The notes below the pieces were generated by a model. It had not been told where the DNA came from. It was given only the letters and a program-made list of their open reading frames with translations, and searched no databases. A DNA stretch of 64,000 nucleotides from Magnetococcales bacterium (lineage in GTDB: Bacteria; Pseudomonadota; Magnetococcia; Magnetococcales; JADFWU01): positions 1,521-65,520 of the forward strand of contig JADFWU010000015.1 of the NCBI GenBank assembly GCA_015234045.1, in the 5' to 3' direction. Positions 19,614 through 29,147 of the stretch are shown piece after piece. A program made the position numbers and the translations under genes. The first letter of the stretch is position 1. Every line of letters starts with the position of its first letter.

Positions 19614-20543
19614 TCAGACCCTGATCCACTCAGGAATAATCTGTTCCATCATGCCGGAAAGGGTATAGTCGGCGATGGAACAGATCGGCGCTTTGGGGTC
19701 TTTATTGATGGCAACGATGGTACCCGCATCTTTAATTCCCGCCAGATGCTGAATGGCTCCAGAGATGCCCACAGCAATGTAAAGACGCGGTGCAATGATG
19801 CGACCAGTTTGACCAATCTGCCAAGTATTGGGTGCAAAACCAGCATCCACTGCCGAACGTGTTGCGCCCAAAGCAGCACCGAGTTTATCCGCTAATTCAC
19901 CAAGTTGTTGCCAGCCCTGTTCCGTGTTTACGCCTGCACCACCTGCTACCACAATTTCAGCGCTGCCCAAGTCTGGGCGGTCGGTGTTGGGTTGGGTCAG
20001 TGCGATATGGTTGGAGTGGCGTGGCCATTTTTTTGGTTTTGAAATGGTGTGACGCTCTGCGGGTTGCTCACCCATCAATGCTGGAGAAAATGCTGTTGGG
20101 CGAATCGTCAACAGTGTTGGTGTGTGTTGATGTTGGATGGTTTGGTACACATTGCCTGCAAACAGCGGACGAACAAACCGCTCTGAATCGAGAATTTGGA
20201 CAACATCAGAGAGCATATCCACACCCAGCTTGGCAGCAAGACGCGGAAGTAGATCTTTTCCAAAGGTGGTGGCTGGTGCCAAAATATGACGGTAGCGTTG
20301 TTTCAGGGAAAGAATGATGCTAACCAGTTGTTCAGCCCCTGTTTTTTCCAGTTGTTCGTCTTGTAAAAACAGTACCGAGTCTACACCGTTGATCAGTTCA
20401 CAACGGCTTGCCATTTCATTGATTTCCGAGCCAGCCAACAACAGCGTAACGGGTCCCAATTGTTTGGCTGCGGTGATGGTTGTACACAGAGCATGATCGG
20501 GTTGATTCGGTGCGGTTGGATCAGTGATTACCAGTACACTCAT
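19614..20543 (-). CDS. etfA: electron transfer flavoprotein alpha subunit
   Basis: VVAGGAGV... and the PRLYIAVGISGAIQHLAGIKDAGTIVAINKDPKAPI FAD-binding signature are present. Confidence 0.92.
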   Translation of the reverse strand: MSVLVITDPTAPNQPDHALCTTITAAKQLGPVTLLLAGSEINEMASRCELINGVDSVLFLQDEQLEKTGAEQLVSIILSLKQRYRHILAPATTFGKDLLPRLAAKLGVDMLSDVVQILDSERFVRPLFAGNVYQTIQHQHTPTLLTIRPTAFSPALMGEQPAERHTISKPKKWPRHSNHIALTQPNTDRPDLGSAEIVVAGGAGVNTEQGWQQLGELADKLGAALGATRSAVDAGFAPNTWQIGQTGRIIAPRLYIAVGISGAIQHLAGIKDAGTIVAINKDPKAPICSIADYTLSGMMEQIIPEWIRV

Positions 20544-21304
20544 GACAAAATACCGGCGTGAGACAAAGCATTAAGCAGTGTGGATAGGTTCTCTACATGT
20601 TGGCCTTTTGGCCGCAGTGGTGGATGTGCGTTCTCTAATACAGTCATACATGATTCAGGCAATGGATTGATGAAATCTGACAGCGGTAGCGTTTCCAAAG
20701 GTTTGCGCCGGGCTTTCATGATTTTTGGCAGGCTGGCATAACGCGGCGTGTTGAGCCTAAGATCGGTTGTGATCACTGCTGGAAGAGAAAGGCTACAGGT
20801 TTCCAAACCGTAATCCAGTTCACGTTGTGTCACAACTGTACCGTTATCCTGACTCTCTAAGCGAGAAACAAAGGTGGATTGTGGCCAGTCCAGAAGACCA
20901 GCCAACATTTGACCGGTTTGGTTATTGTCCTGATCCACCGACTGTTTGCCCATAAAGACCAAATCAAAGGACGCTTTACAGACTAAAGCCGCCACTGTTT
21001 GAGCAATCAGGCGTGGTGTGAGGAGGATTTGATCTGAATCAGGATGGATATGGAGGGCGCGGTCTGCATCAAGAGCCAAAGCGGTACGTAGGCAGTCGAT
21101 TATGTTATTTCCACCGATGCTGACTACGGTTACCTCATCGGCCTTACCTGCTTCTTTCAGTTGAACGGCTGCCTCCAAGGCGATCTCATCAAACGGATTG
21201 ATCACGCCTTGGGCATGGCTTGTTTCAATAGCCAGTGGTGTGCCGGACAGACGAACAGGCACCGCTGGATCAGGTACCTGACGGATAGCAACAAGAACCT
21301 TCAT
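20540..21304 (-). CDS. etfB: electron transfer flavoprotein beta subunit
   Basis: MKVLVAIRQVPD...NPFDEIALEAA..LKE and a C-terminal recognition-loop region are present. There is a 4-nt overlap with etfA. Confidence 0.9.
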   Translation of the reverse strand: MKVLVAIRQVPDPAVPVRLSGTPLAIETSHAQGVINPFDEIALEAAVQLKEAGKADEVTVVSIGGNNIIDCLRTALALDADRALHIHPDSDQILLTPRLIAQTVAALVCKASFDLVFMGKQSVDQDNNQTGQMLAGLLDWPQSTFVSRLESQDNGTVVTQRELDYGLETCSLSLPAVITTDLRLNTPRYASLPKIMKARRKPLETLPLSDFINPLPESCMTVLENAHPPLRPKGQHVENLSTLLNALSHAGILS

Positions 21305-21318
21305 GAGTAATTGATGAT

Positions 21319-22008
21319 CTATTTGACCGCAAGTGCTTCAATAGCACGCAGCAGTCCGTTCCACTTAGTATCATCCGAGGCCAACTCTTCTGGAGTGGCC
21401 AAACTTTTTCCAGAGGAAGGTGGAACGCGGTATTTGCCGTTCACCACCAACATGGGAGTGCCACTAACGCCATAAGACTCTTTTAAAGTACGTGCCTGGG
21501 CCAGTTTGGCAATTACGCCAAATGATTTCATGTTCTGTTTGAACAGATCAGGGTCCAGCCCTACGGCTTCAACGACAAAGATCAATTCTCCAAAATTGTC
21601 GATATCAATACCATCCACGAAACGTGCTTTGAAGATGGCATCCTTCATTTCGATGCCTTTGCCCATGAATTCGGCGGTGTAGTAGGCGCGGGCCGGAATG
21701 TCGGATTGATTGCCCCAGAAAATCGGCAAGGCTTTTACTGTAAATCGACTGCTATTCTGTTTTGCCCAACGGTCAAAATGGGGATGCAGGTAGTAGCAGT
21801 GCGGACAGTGGAAGTTGAACACCTCTACAATTTCAGGTTTGTCACCTGAAGGCGGTATAGGTGGAGAGATGAGGTGATAATCTTCACCTTCCATAAGGTC
21901 GGCACTGTTGAAATCAGTTGCGCTGACTTCAGAGACAGTCAGGACGAAACTGAGCAATAGTGTAATCAGAACGGACTGGATCAGTGTAGCAAATGAAACA
22001 GGTTTCAT
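21319..22008 (-). CDS. DsbA-family thiol:disulfide oxidoreductase (secreted)
   Basis: A signal peptide, the active site FHCPHCY (CPHC) and the C-terminal GTPMLVVNGKY cis-Pro loop region are present. Confidence 0.78.
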   Translation of the reverse strand: MKPVSFATLIQSVLITLLLSFVLTVSEVSATDFNSADLMEGEDYHLISPPIPPSGDKPEIVEVFNFHCPHCYYLHPHFDRWAKQNSSRFTVKALPIFWGNQSDIPARAYYTAEFMGKGIEMKDAIFKARFVDGIDIDNFGELIFVVEAVGLDPDLFKQNMKSFGVIAKLAQARTLKESYGVSGTPMLVVNGKYRVPPSSGKSLATPEELASDDTKWNGLLRAIEALAVK

Positions 22009-22018
22009 GGCGATTCAC

Positions 22019-22444
22019 TCAGGCTTCGATGATTTCATAGCTGGTATGGATTTGAGCGGTTTTGCCCAACATGATTGATGCAGAGCAGTATTTCTCTTCA
22101 GAAAGGCTGATCGCACGTTGTACTGCTTTTTCCGGGATTTTGGTTCCGGTGATTTTAAAATGGACTGTGATATCGGTATACACTTTTGGTTCGGTATCAG
22201 CCCGTTTTCCGGAAACGGAGACATCACAGTCTTTCACATCGTGACGCCCTTTGCGCAGAATATTCAGCACATCAATAGAGGTGCAACCGCCCATCCCGAT
22301 CAATAACAGCTCCATGGGTCTGACACCCATATTGCGACCGCCCATTTCTGGTGCGGCATCCATGACCACCGTGTGCCCGGAACCGGACTCTCCGAGCATT
22401 TGAATCCCTTCAATCAATTTGATACGCGCCTTGGTCTCGGCCAT
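22019..22444 (-). CDS. OsmC family peroxiredoxin-like protein
   Basis: GMGGCTSIDVLNILRKGR and ...CSAS.ML motifs (the two conserved Cys) are present, and the ~140-aa size fits. Confidence 0.8.
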   Translation of the reverse strand: MAETKARIKLIEGIQMLGESGSGHTVVMDAAPEMGGRNMGVRPMELLLIGMGGCTSIDVLNILRKGRHDVKDCDVSVSGKRADTEPKVYTDITVHFKITGTKIPEKAVQRAISLSEEKYCSASIMLGKTAQIHTSYEIIEA

Positions 22445-22633
22445 CTAAATCGTCTCCTGCAAATACGGTAAGCAGTGCCTGAACGCTTCATACAATAGTA
22501 TACTCTAAAAAAGGTAGAAGTGTCCCCCAAACTTGTTTCCTAGGGGCAATCTAATTTTTCCGTGGTCCTTAGGGTATGTTAATATCGATCATTTTTCCGA
22601 CCCTAGTGGCGTGTTTTTTTCAGGAATCACACA

Positions 22634-23806
22634 ATGGATGAACAATTGATAGAAAATGATGAAGCAATGCCGGAAAATAGTCGCGTAGCTGCTGATGACT
22701 CAGATAATTGTGGTGCGTGTGGTAATGAAAAAACGGTTGAGCTTTGTACGGTACTGAAAAAGCATCGTGGTGAACGTCATGCAGTGTTGCTTCAGGACTA
22801 TCCTGATCCTGATGCCATCTCATGTGGAGAGGCGTACCGGCGGATTGTAGAAAAATTTGGTATTGAGGTTGATTTGCTCTACGCCGGACGTGTCAGTCAT
22901 CAGGAAAATATTGCGCTTATTAATTTGCTCAACATCAGTCTGACCTGTTGGGATTCTGAATTTGTTCCGCAAGATCAGTATCAAGGTGTGGTCTTCGTGG
23001 ATAATCAGGGAACCACCTGCCGCCTGACAGATCGTTTCCTTGCAGCTGGCATTCCGGTTGTGGCCATGATGGATCACCATGCATGGCAGGAAAATTTGGA
23101 TCAATTAAAACCCGAGTTTGTAGATGTACGCTTTGTCGGTGCGTGTGCCACATTATTTGCTACCTACTTGGAACAGGGTATCATGCCTCTGGAGAATAGT
23201 AATTCCGATCATCGGAATCTGGCTACCGCTTTGATGCATGGTATCGTTTCGGATACTGGTGCAATGATTCAAGCGCAATCATTGGATTTGAATGCTGCCG
23301 CCTATCTACAGCCTTTCTTCGATACTGAAATGCTTCTGGAAATTCTGCATCAGAAACGCAGCCATAAGACCATGGAAGTGATCCGTATCGCTTTGGCGGA
23401 TCGGGTAACACGGGCGGGTGTCTGTCTTGCGGGTGTTGGTTTTCTGCGTACTGCGGATCGAGATGCGGTGCCACAGGCTGCGGAGTTTCTGCTCAGTGAA
23501 GAGAATGTCCATACGGTAATCGTTTATGCCATCGTTACGAAGAAAAACGGTGAAGAGATGTTAAGTGGTTCTCTACGTACCTCCAAACATACCCTGGCAC
23601 CGGATACCTTCTTAAAAGATGTCCTTGGTCACGATAGAGAGGGTAAATATTATGGTGGCGGTAAGGATGCAGCAGGCGGTTTTGAAATTCCATTGGGATT
23701 TTTGTCTGGTACAGATGGAAAAGTGCTCTCAAATATGAAGTGGGATGCGTATAGCCGGAAGTTGCGTAAGCGCTTTTTTGAAAAAATCGGTGTTGAGGAT
23801 GTTTGA
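22634..23806 (+). CDS. DHH family phosphoesterase
   Basis: DYPDPDAISCG (motif I), VFVDNQG (II), MMDHHAW (DHH) and a DHHA1-like GGGKDAAGGFEIP are present. The stop overlaps the lipA start (ATGA). Confidence 0.7.
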   Translation: MDEQLIENDEAMPENSRVAADDSDNCGACGNEKTVELCTVLKKHRGERHAVLLQDYPDPDAISCGEAYRRIVEKFGIEVDLLYAGRVSHQENIALINLLNISLTCWDSEFVPQDQYQGVVFVDNQGTTCRLTDRFLAAGIPVVAMMDHHAWQENLDQLKPEFVDVRFVGACATLFATYLEQGIMPLENSNSDHRNLATALMHGIVSDTGAMIQAQSLDLNAAAYLQPFFDTEMLLEILHQKRSHKTMEVIRIALADRVTRAGVCLAGVGFLRTADRDAVPQAAEFLLSEENVHTVIVYAIVTKKNGEEMLSGSLRTSKHTLAPDTFLKDVLGHDREGKYYGGGKDAAGGFEIPLGFLSGTDGKVLSNMKWDAYSRKLRKRFFEKIGVEDV

Positions 23807-24681
23807 TGGCGGATAATGCTCCGTTTATTCGAAAGCCACGCTGGTTGACGGTGAAGGCACCAACGTCACCAGAATACCTTAAATTACGCGCCATGATGCA
23901 GCGTGAGAAGCTTCAGACTGTTTGTCAGTCCGCATCCTGTCCTAATATCGGTGGATGCTGGCATGATGGTCATGCCGCTTTCATGATTCTCGGGAATATT
24001 TGTACCCGAAATTGTACTTTCTGTGATGTGCCTACTGGTCGTCCCGCGCCGGTGGATTTCGAAGAGCCTCAACGTCTGGCTAAAGTGGTTCAAAGAATGG
24101 GGCTGCGCCATGTGGTGATCACCTCCGTTGATCGGGATGATCTGGAGGATGGTGGAGCGGCTCAATTTGTTGCTTGTCTGGATATTTTACATGGTCAGCA
24201 GGCGGGATATACCATTGAAGTGTTGACCCCGGATTTTCGGGATAAAAGCGGTGCACTTGAGAAAGTGCTTTTCGCAAAGCCAACAATTTTCAACCATAAT
24301 ATAGAGACCGTTCAGCGTCTATTTACATCGGTTAGACCTGCGGCAGATTATCGTTATTCTCTAGATGTATTGAAAAAAGCTGCCGATTATAATGGGGCTT
24401 CAATACAGATTAAGTCGGGATTTATGGTTGGCCTGGGTGAGCATTGGGCGGAGGTGGTCCAGTTGTTGGATGACTTGCGTGATTCTGGTGTTACGCTACT
24501 GACTGTCGGTCAATATTTACGCCCCAGCCTGAAACATCATCCTGTTGAATCCTACTGGCCACCTGAACGTTTTGATCATCTGAAAGAGATCGCGCTACAA
24601 AAAGGGTTTGTCAAGGTGATGAGTAATCCTTTGGCACGTTCTTCAATTCGCGAGGATGATAGAGCTGTTAAATTTGGTTAG
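23803..24681 (+). CDS. lipA: lipoyl synthase
   Basis: CQSASCPNIGGCW and the radical-SAM CTRNCTFCDV cluster motifs are present. Confidence 0.93.
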   Translation: MMADNAPFIRKPRWLTVKAPTSPEYLKLRAMMQREKLQTVCQSASCPNIGGCWHDGHAAFMILGNICTRNCTFCDVPTGRPAPVDFEEPQRLAKVVQRMGLRHVVITSVDRDDLEDGGAAQFVACLDILHGQQAGYTIEVLTPDFRDKSGALEKVLFAKPTIFNHNIETVQRLFTSVRPAADYRYSLDVLKKAADYNGASIQIKSGFMVGLGEHWAEVVQLLDDLRDSGVTLLTVGQYLRPSLKHHPVESYWPPERFDHLKEIALQKGFVKVMSNPLARSSIREDDRAVKFG

Positions 24682-24916
24682 TATGTTGATTTTTAAGTGT
24701 ATAGAGACAGGAAAGTTGGTTGTTGATCTAAGAATTATGTTAAATCATTATTTCATTAGGTCTTTCTATGGCTCATAATGAGCCACCAGTATGAGAACTG
24801 CTTGATAAATCATGTAGATTATGGTACGTTGTCAAGGTGTGCTGTGGTTGCGAAGGAAATAGAGGGGCGCACGATACCCTGATCATAATGTAGGAATCGC
24901 ATAGCGGATTCGGCTT

Positions 24917-26425
24917 ATGAAGAGACGGCAAGTGGTTAAAGCGATGCTTTCCGGGGCCCTGTTGGCAGGGCTTCCAATACCGCTGACTACTGCGCGTGCC
25001 GCTCTGTCTAACCCGAGACAACCTCTCCGCGCCAAAAGGCATCAACGCGATGTCGCTATTATCGGTGCTGGTATCGCTGGCTTGAGTGCCGGATACTTTC
25101 TGCGTGACCTTGATGTGGTACTCCTGGAAGCTGAACAATCAGTGGGTGGACGCTCACTGACCGGGCAAATGGGCGACCGCACCTTCTCCAAAGGCGCACA
25201 ATACATTACCTCTCTCAACGGTGCCTTAGGCCAAATCATCACTGATTTGGGTCTTGACCCTGTCGAAATACCGGGTCAGGTGGATGCGATTTATCGTAAA
25301 GGCAAGGTGTTTATCGGTGAGGATGAGATCCTCCAGATGTTCAGTGATCGTGGTGACCTGGCCGCTCTTGATCACTTTCTGGATACCCTGTCAGAAATTT
25401 CCAGACATTATGGCAATGTGCCAGATCATCGCCAAGATAGCCTTGTGGGTCGCTTGGACCGCCAAACGGCTCGAGAATGGTTGAATGCACTGCGTTTGCC
25501 GCCTGTTTATCCCAGAGTTCTTAACAATCTGGCCCGTCGGGCCTCTGGTGCCAACCTGGATGAGCTTTCCGCCCTTGGATTGATGCCTATCCTGTTTGCG
25601 CTGTTCAAACAGACGCTGGCTGATATGAACACCGATGATCAGGCCAGAGTTGAGAGTGGAAACTATACGTTTGATGGTGGGTTGAACCAGGTCAATATCA
25701 ATCTGGCTAATATGTTGGGTGATCGCATTCGGTTTAATTCGGCGGTTATTCAGCTTGAAAAACTTTCTGATGGTTTGGGATATCGAATTCTCTATGCCGA
25801 TGGCAGTGGAGAAGGGCGTTGGGTAGAAGCCAAGACGGTCATTTTTACCTCGCCTGCACCGATGATCATGCGTATTGCTGCTCAGCTGTTTCCTTCTGAA
25901 GTGCTCAATCTGCTGGATCAGGTGCGCTATGCGCCTGCAATCACTGTTGGTTTATATGGATCTTCGCCGATTTATTCGCCAGCATTTGATCTTTCTTTGT
26001 CAGATCGTACGTTCATTACTGATATTTATGATGCGTGTCGGCTCTCTCGTTTGGACAATCCAGATGTGCGTACTGGTGCGGTTTCCAGCGTGATTATCCC
26101 AGCCGAACGGTTTCGGGACAGCTATTTTATGCATCTGTCCGATCGGGCAATTCTCAGTCGGGTTCATAAAGAGTTGGAAGTGGTTCTGCCTGGATCTTCA
26201 GATCGTATATTGGACTGGAGTGTGCAGCGTTTTTCACACGCCTTTCCCGTGACGACATTGGGTGCTTTTCGGCGTTTATCCGCTTTGCATGGATTTATGG
26301 AGAGTGGCAGTCCGCTGCAACTTGCTGGTGATTACACAATCTATCCTTCCTTTGATCTGGCGGCTGAGTCAGGATATTTGGCGGCTATGCGTTTGCGTCG
26401 TCTGCTTGGTCATACTACTGCATGA
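24917..26425 (+). CDS. FAD-dependent (amine-oxidase-like) oxidoreductase with Tat-type signal
   Basis: The N-terminus is MKRRQVVKAMLSGALLAGLP...ARA. The dinucleotide fold DVAIIGAGIAGLSAGYFL..LEA...GGR is present. Confidence 0.65.
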   Translation: MKRRQVVKAMLSGALLAGLPIPLTTARAALSNPRQPLRAKRHQRDVAIIGAGIAGLSAGYFLRDLDVVLLEAEQSVGGRSLTGQMGDRTFSKGAQYITSLNGALGQIITDLGLDPVEIPGQVDAIYRKGKVFIGEDEILQMFSDRGDLAALDHFLDTLSEISRHYGNVPDHRQDSLVGRLDRQTAREWLNALRLPPVYPRVLNNLARRASGANLDELSALGLMPILFALFKQTLADMNTDDQARVESGNYTFDGGLNQVNINLANMLGDRIRFNSAVIQLEKLSDGLGYRILYADGSGEGRWVEAKTVIFTSPAPMIMRIAAQLFPSEVLNLLDQVRYAPAITVGLYGSSPIYSPAFDLSLSDRTFITDIYDACRLSRLDNPDVRTGAVSSVIIPAERFRDSYFMHLSDRAILSRVHKELEVVLPGSSDRILDWSVQRFSHAFPVTTLGAFRRLSALHGFMESGSPLQLAGDYTIYPSFDLAAESGYLAAMRLRRLLGHTTA

Positions 26426-27117
26426 CCGCACTGGCTGAAGCTGTTCCAGTCATTCCTCCGGCTGTTTGTCCTCCGACCGTCTGGCAGGTTCAACATCTTC
26501 AGGAACAGTCGTATCAACAGACCCTCACACTACAAAAAAATCTGGCCAGTGCCATTGCCGATGGACGACAGAGCAATATTTTGCTTTTGACGGAACATGC
26601 GCCTATCTATACCCTTGGACCCAGAACCCGACCTGAACATGCACGGGTTGTGGACCCAGCCTATGAGACTGTTCCACAATTGGTAACTGATCGAGGCGGT
26701 GAGATCACCTATCATGGACCAGGTCAGTTGATCGCCTATGTGATTCGGGATTTGCGTCCAGCGATTCATGCTGTTCGTGCCCATGTAGACGCTCTTGAAA
26801 GTGTCATTATCAATGTGCTTGCTGAACTGACTATTCAGGCAGCGCGTGATAAACGTTATCCTGGTGTCTGGGTGGCAGGTAGTAAGGTGGCTGCGCTTGG
26901 TGTTCGTGTGCGGCGAGGCGTTGCCTATCATGGTATTGCGCTCAATAATCGACCTGATTTAGGCGCATTCAACGCCATTGTTCCTTGTGGTATTGAGGGA
27001 GGGGCCGTTACCTCGTTACAAAAATTGGGAGTGGATATCACCATGGATGCATTGGCGGATCTTTTTATCCAACACTTTCAACCTGTTTTTAATGTAAAAT
27101 GGGAATCCGCATCATGA
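26422..27117 (+). CDS. lipB: lipoyl(octanoyl) transferase
   Basis: LLLTEHAPIYTLG, TDRGGEITYHGPGQLIAYVI and KVAALGVRV.RGVAYHG are present. An ATGA overlap joins it to the upstream gene. Confidence 0.87.
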   Translation: MTALAEAVPVIPPAVCPPTVWQVQHLQEQSYQQTLTLQKNLASAIADGRQSNILLLTEHAPIYTLGPRTRPEHARVVDPAYETVPQLVTDRGGEITYHGPGQLIAYVIRDLRPAIHAVRAHVDALESVIINVLAELTIQAARDKRYPGVWVAGSKVAALGVRVRRGVAYHGIALNNRPDLGAFNAIVPCGIEGGAVTSLQKLGVDITMDALADLFIQHFQPVFNVKWESAS

Positions 27118-27557
27118 CAAAACATGCTACACCCGCTTTGACTGCTGATATCATTATTGAATTGCTTGATGATGAAGATCGTCCTATCATATTGATTGAA
27201 CGACTTAATCCACCATATGGTTGGGCTATTCCCGGTGGATTCGCTGATGTGGGTGAGCGTATTGAGGCCACAGCCGTGCGTGAGGCCAAAGAAGAGGTCT
27301 GTTTGGACGTGACCTTAAAGGCGTTATTGGGCCTTTACAGTGATCCAAAGCGGGATCAACGTGGCCACACCGTGACAGCGGTGTATGTAGCCGAAGCACA
27401 TGGTATGCCCTGTCCCGCTGATGATGCAAAAAACTTGATTATCATTCATCCTGATAAAATTGATATGCCTTTGGCATTTGATCACGCTCAGGTGTTGGCA
27501 GATTATAGAAACTATAGAAATAATGGAGCGGTAACACCGTTACGCTTTGAACCATGA
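27099..27557 (+). CDS. NUDIX hydrolase
   Basis: The Nudix box is GGFADVGERIEATAVREAKEEVCL. An alternative ATG lies at 27114. Confidence 0.8.
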   Translation: MGIRIMTKHATPALTADIIIELLDDEDRPIILIERLNPPYGWAIPGGFADVGERIEATAVREAKEEVCLDVTLKALLGLYSDPKRDQRGHTVTAVYVAEAHGMPCPADDAKNLIIIHPDKIDMPLAFDHAQVLADYRNYRNNGAVTPLRFEP

Positions 27558-28912
27558 AACGATCTTTTTCCTTCCTTGTACTTTTCCTGGTCTCTTTTTG
27601 CTTTTCAGGTATGGTTGAAGCGACTTTACCGCCTTCGGTCAATGGCAAGCCCTTGCCTTCTCTGGCTGATATGCTGGAAAAGGTCACGCCGGCTGTGGTG
27701 AATATTGCATCCAGTACCGTCATTCATGCGCCGGATCATCCTCTGTTGCGAGACCCGTTTTTTAAATTTTTCCTCGAAAGACGCAAGAAGAAAAAAAAGA
27801 ATGAGCAGCACCGAAGCTTGGGCTCTGGTGTGGTGGTGGATGCCAAGTTGGGCTATATTCTGACTAATCAACATGTGATTGATAAAGCAGATAAAATATC
27901 TGTAACATTGCAGGATGGTCGAACTGTTCTTGCCCGTTTGGTTGGTGTTGATCCTGAGACCGATGTGGCAGTCATCCAGGTTAAAGTCCGTGGTCTGACT
28001 GCGTTGCCGATTGGCGATTCTGAGGCGTTGCGCGTTGGTGATTTTGTTGTTGCGGTGGGTAATCCGTTTGGTTTGGGGCAGACAGTGACATCAGGCATTG
28101 TGTCCGCTTTGGGCCGTAAAGGGTTGGGCATCAAAGGGTATGAGGATTTTATCCAAACCGATGCATCCATCAATCCAGGTAATTCAGGCGGTGCTTTGGT
28201 CAATCTGGCTGGCGAGTTGATCGGAATCAATACTGCGATTTTGGCACCTAATGGCGGAAATGTTGGGATCGGGTTTGCAATTCCAGTGTCTATGGCGCAG
28301 CAGATCATGGCGCAGTTGATCGACTATGGTGAAGTGCAGCGCGGTCTTTTAGGTGTGCAAACCCAGGATTTAACAGCAGATCTTGCCCGCGCTTTTGGAG
28401 TGCCGGATCAGAGTGGTGCGGTTGTAACACGGGTTGTTCCTGGTTCTGCGGCTGATCAAGCTGGGTTAACCACTGGTGATGTGATTGTTTCAGCTAATGG
28501 CCATTCTATTGGTGATGCATCCGATTTGCGGAATGTCATTGGTCTTCTGCGGGTTGGTGAGCAGATCCAGCTTGACTATATTCGTGATGGACGTAAAAAG
28601 CGCGTAACTGCCACGATTCTTCAGCCAACATGGCATAAGCTGGATGGAACAAGTGTTGATCAGCGGATGGAAGGGGCGATGTTTGGTGTGCCCAAGGCGG
28701 GCAGTCGTATTGCGGGTGTTGGGGTGTTGGATGTTGGACCGAACAGTCCGGCCTGGAAGATCGGCTTGCGGCCTGGAGATTGGATTACGGCGGTGAATCG
28801 TCATCCGATTGCCAATTTAAATGATCTGAAACGCAATCTACGCCGTAGAACGCGTAAGCTATTGATACAGATTTTGCGCGATGAAGAAGAGTTTCTGATC
28901 ATTGTGCGTTGA
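27554..28912 (+). CDS. periplasmic serine endoprotease, DegP/DegQ (HtrA) family
   Basis: A signal peptide, catalytic triad context (TNQHVI, DVAVIQV, GNSGGALVN) and two PDZ-like domains are present. There is a Lys-rich insertion, RRKKKKKNE. Confidence 0.9.
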   Translation: MKRSFSFLVLFLVSFCFSGMVEATLPPSVNGKPLPSLADMLEKVTPAVVNIASSTVIHAPDHPLLRDPFFKFFLERRKKKKKNEQHRSLGSGVVVDAKLGYILTNQHVIDKADKISVTLQDGRTVLARLVGVDPETDVAVIQVKVRGLTALPIGDSEALRVGDFVVAVGNPFGLGQTVTSGIVSALGRKGLGIKGYEDFIQTDASINPGNSGGALVNLAGELIGINTAILAPNGGNVGIGFAIPVSMAQQIMAQLIDYGEVQRGLLGVQTQDLTADLARAFGVPDQSGAVVTRVVPGSAADQAGLTTGDVIVSANGHSIGDASDLRNVIGLLRVGEQIQLDYIRDGRKKRVTATILQPTWHKLDGTSVDQRMEGAMFGVPKAGSRIAGVGVLDVGPNSPAWKIGLRPGDWITAVNRHPIANLNDLKRNLRRRTRKLLIQILRDEEEFLIIVR

Positions 28913-28923
28913 TACTATTATGC

Positions 28924-29113
28924 GTTACGCAGTTGCTGGCCTGTCTGTGTTTTGCGTCGCTTCGCGGCTATGCCTTCGGCATGCCAGTCCTTTGGGCTGG
29001 GACGGCTGTTACGCAGCCTATTAATTGTGTGGCCCTTTGCGCTGGGGACCTTCGGTCCCCAGGCCCTTGTAGAAGTTGGCCCTTCGGGCCTCTGATGCAG
29101 TCAACTGCGTAAC
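28924..29113. repeat. R2 repeat, copy a (190 bp): TIR-bounded element packed with C(TTC)G mini-hairpins
   Basis: GTTACGCAGTTG (28924-28935) pairs with CAACTGCGTAAC (29102-29113). An internal third GTTACGCAG lies at 29008-29016. Hairpins lie at 28956-68, 28970-82, 28985-99, 29042-62 and 29078-90. Confidence 0.6.
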
Positions 29114-29147
29114 TCCCAACTATAAGAAAGAACATTGGAGAAGCGAG

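Noticed and set aside
27787-27803. An A8 homopolymer inside degP/Q (encoding KKKKK) as a possible slip-strand switch. Similar A8/T9 runs lie at 14739-14750, 14840-14847 and 19563-19571.
   Set aside because: The reading frames are intact, and the tracts are short relative to known phase-variation tracts. There is no supporting context.
28909-29112. A 67-aa ORF spanning the R2-a element.
   Set aside because: It is composed entirely of hairpin repeats and has no RBS. The region is better explained as structured non-coding DNA or RNA.
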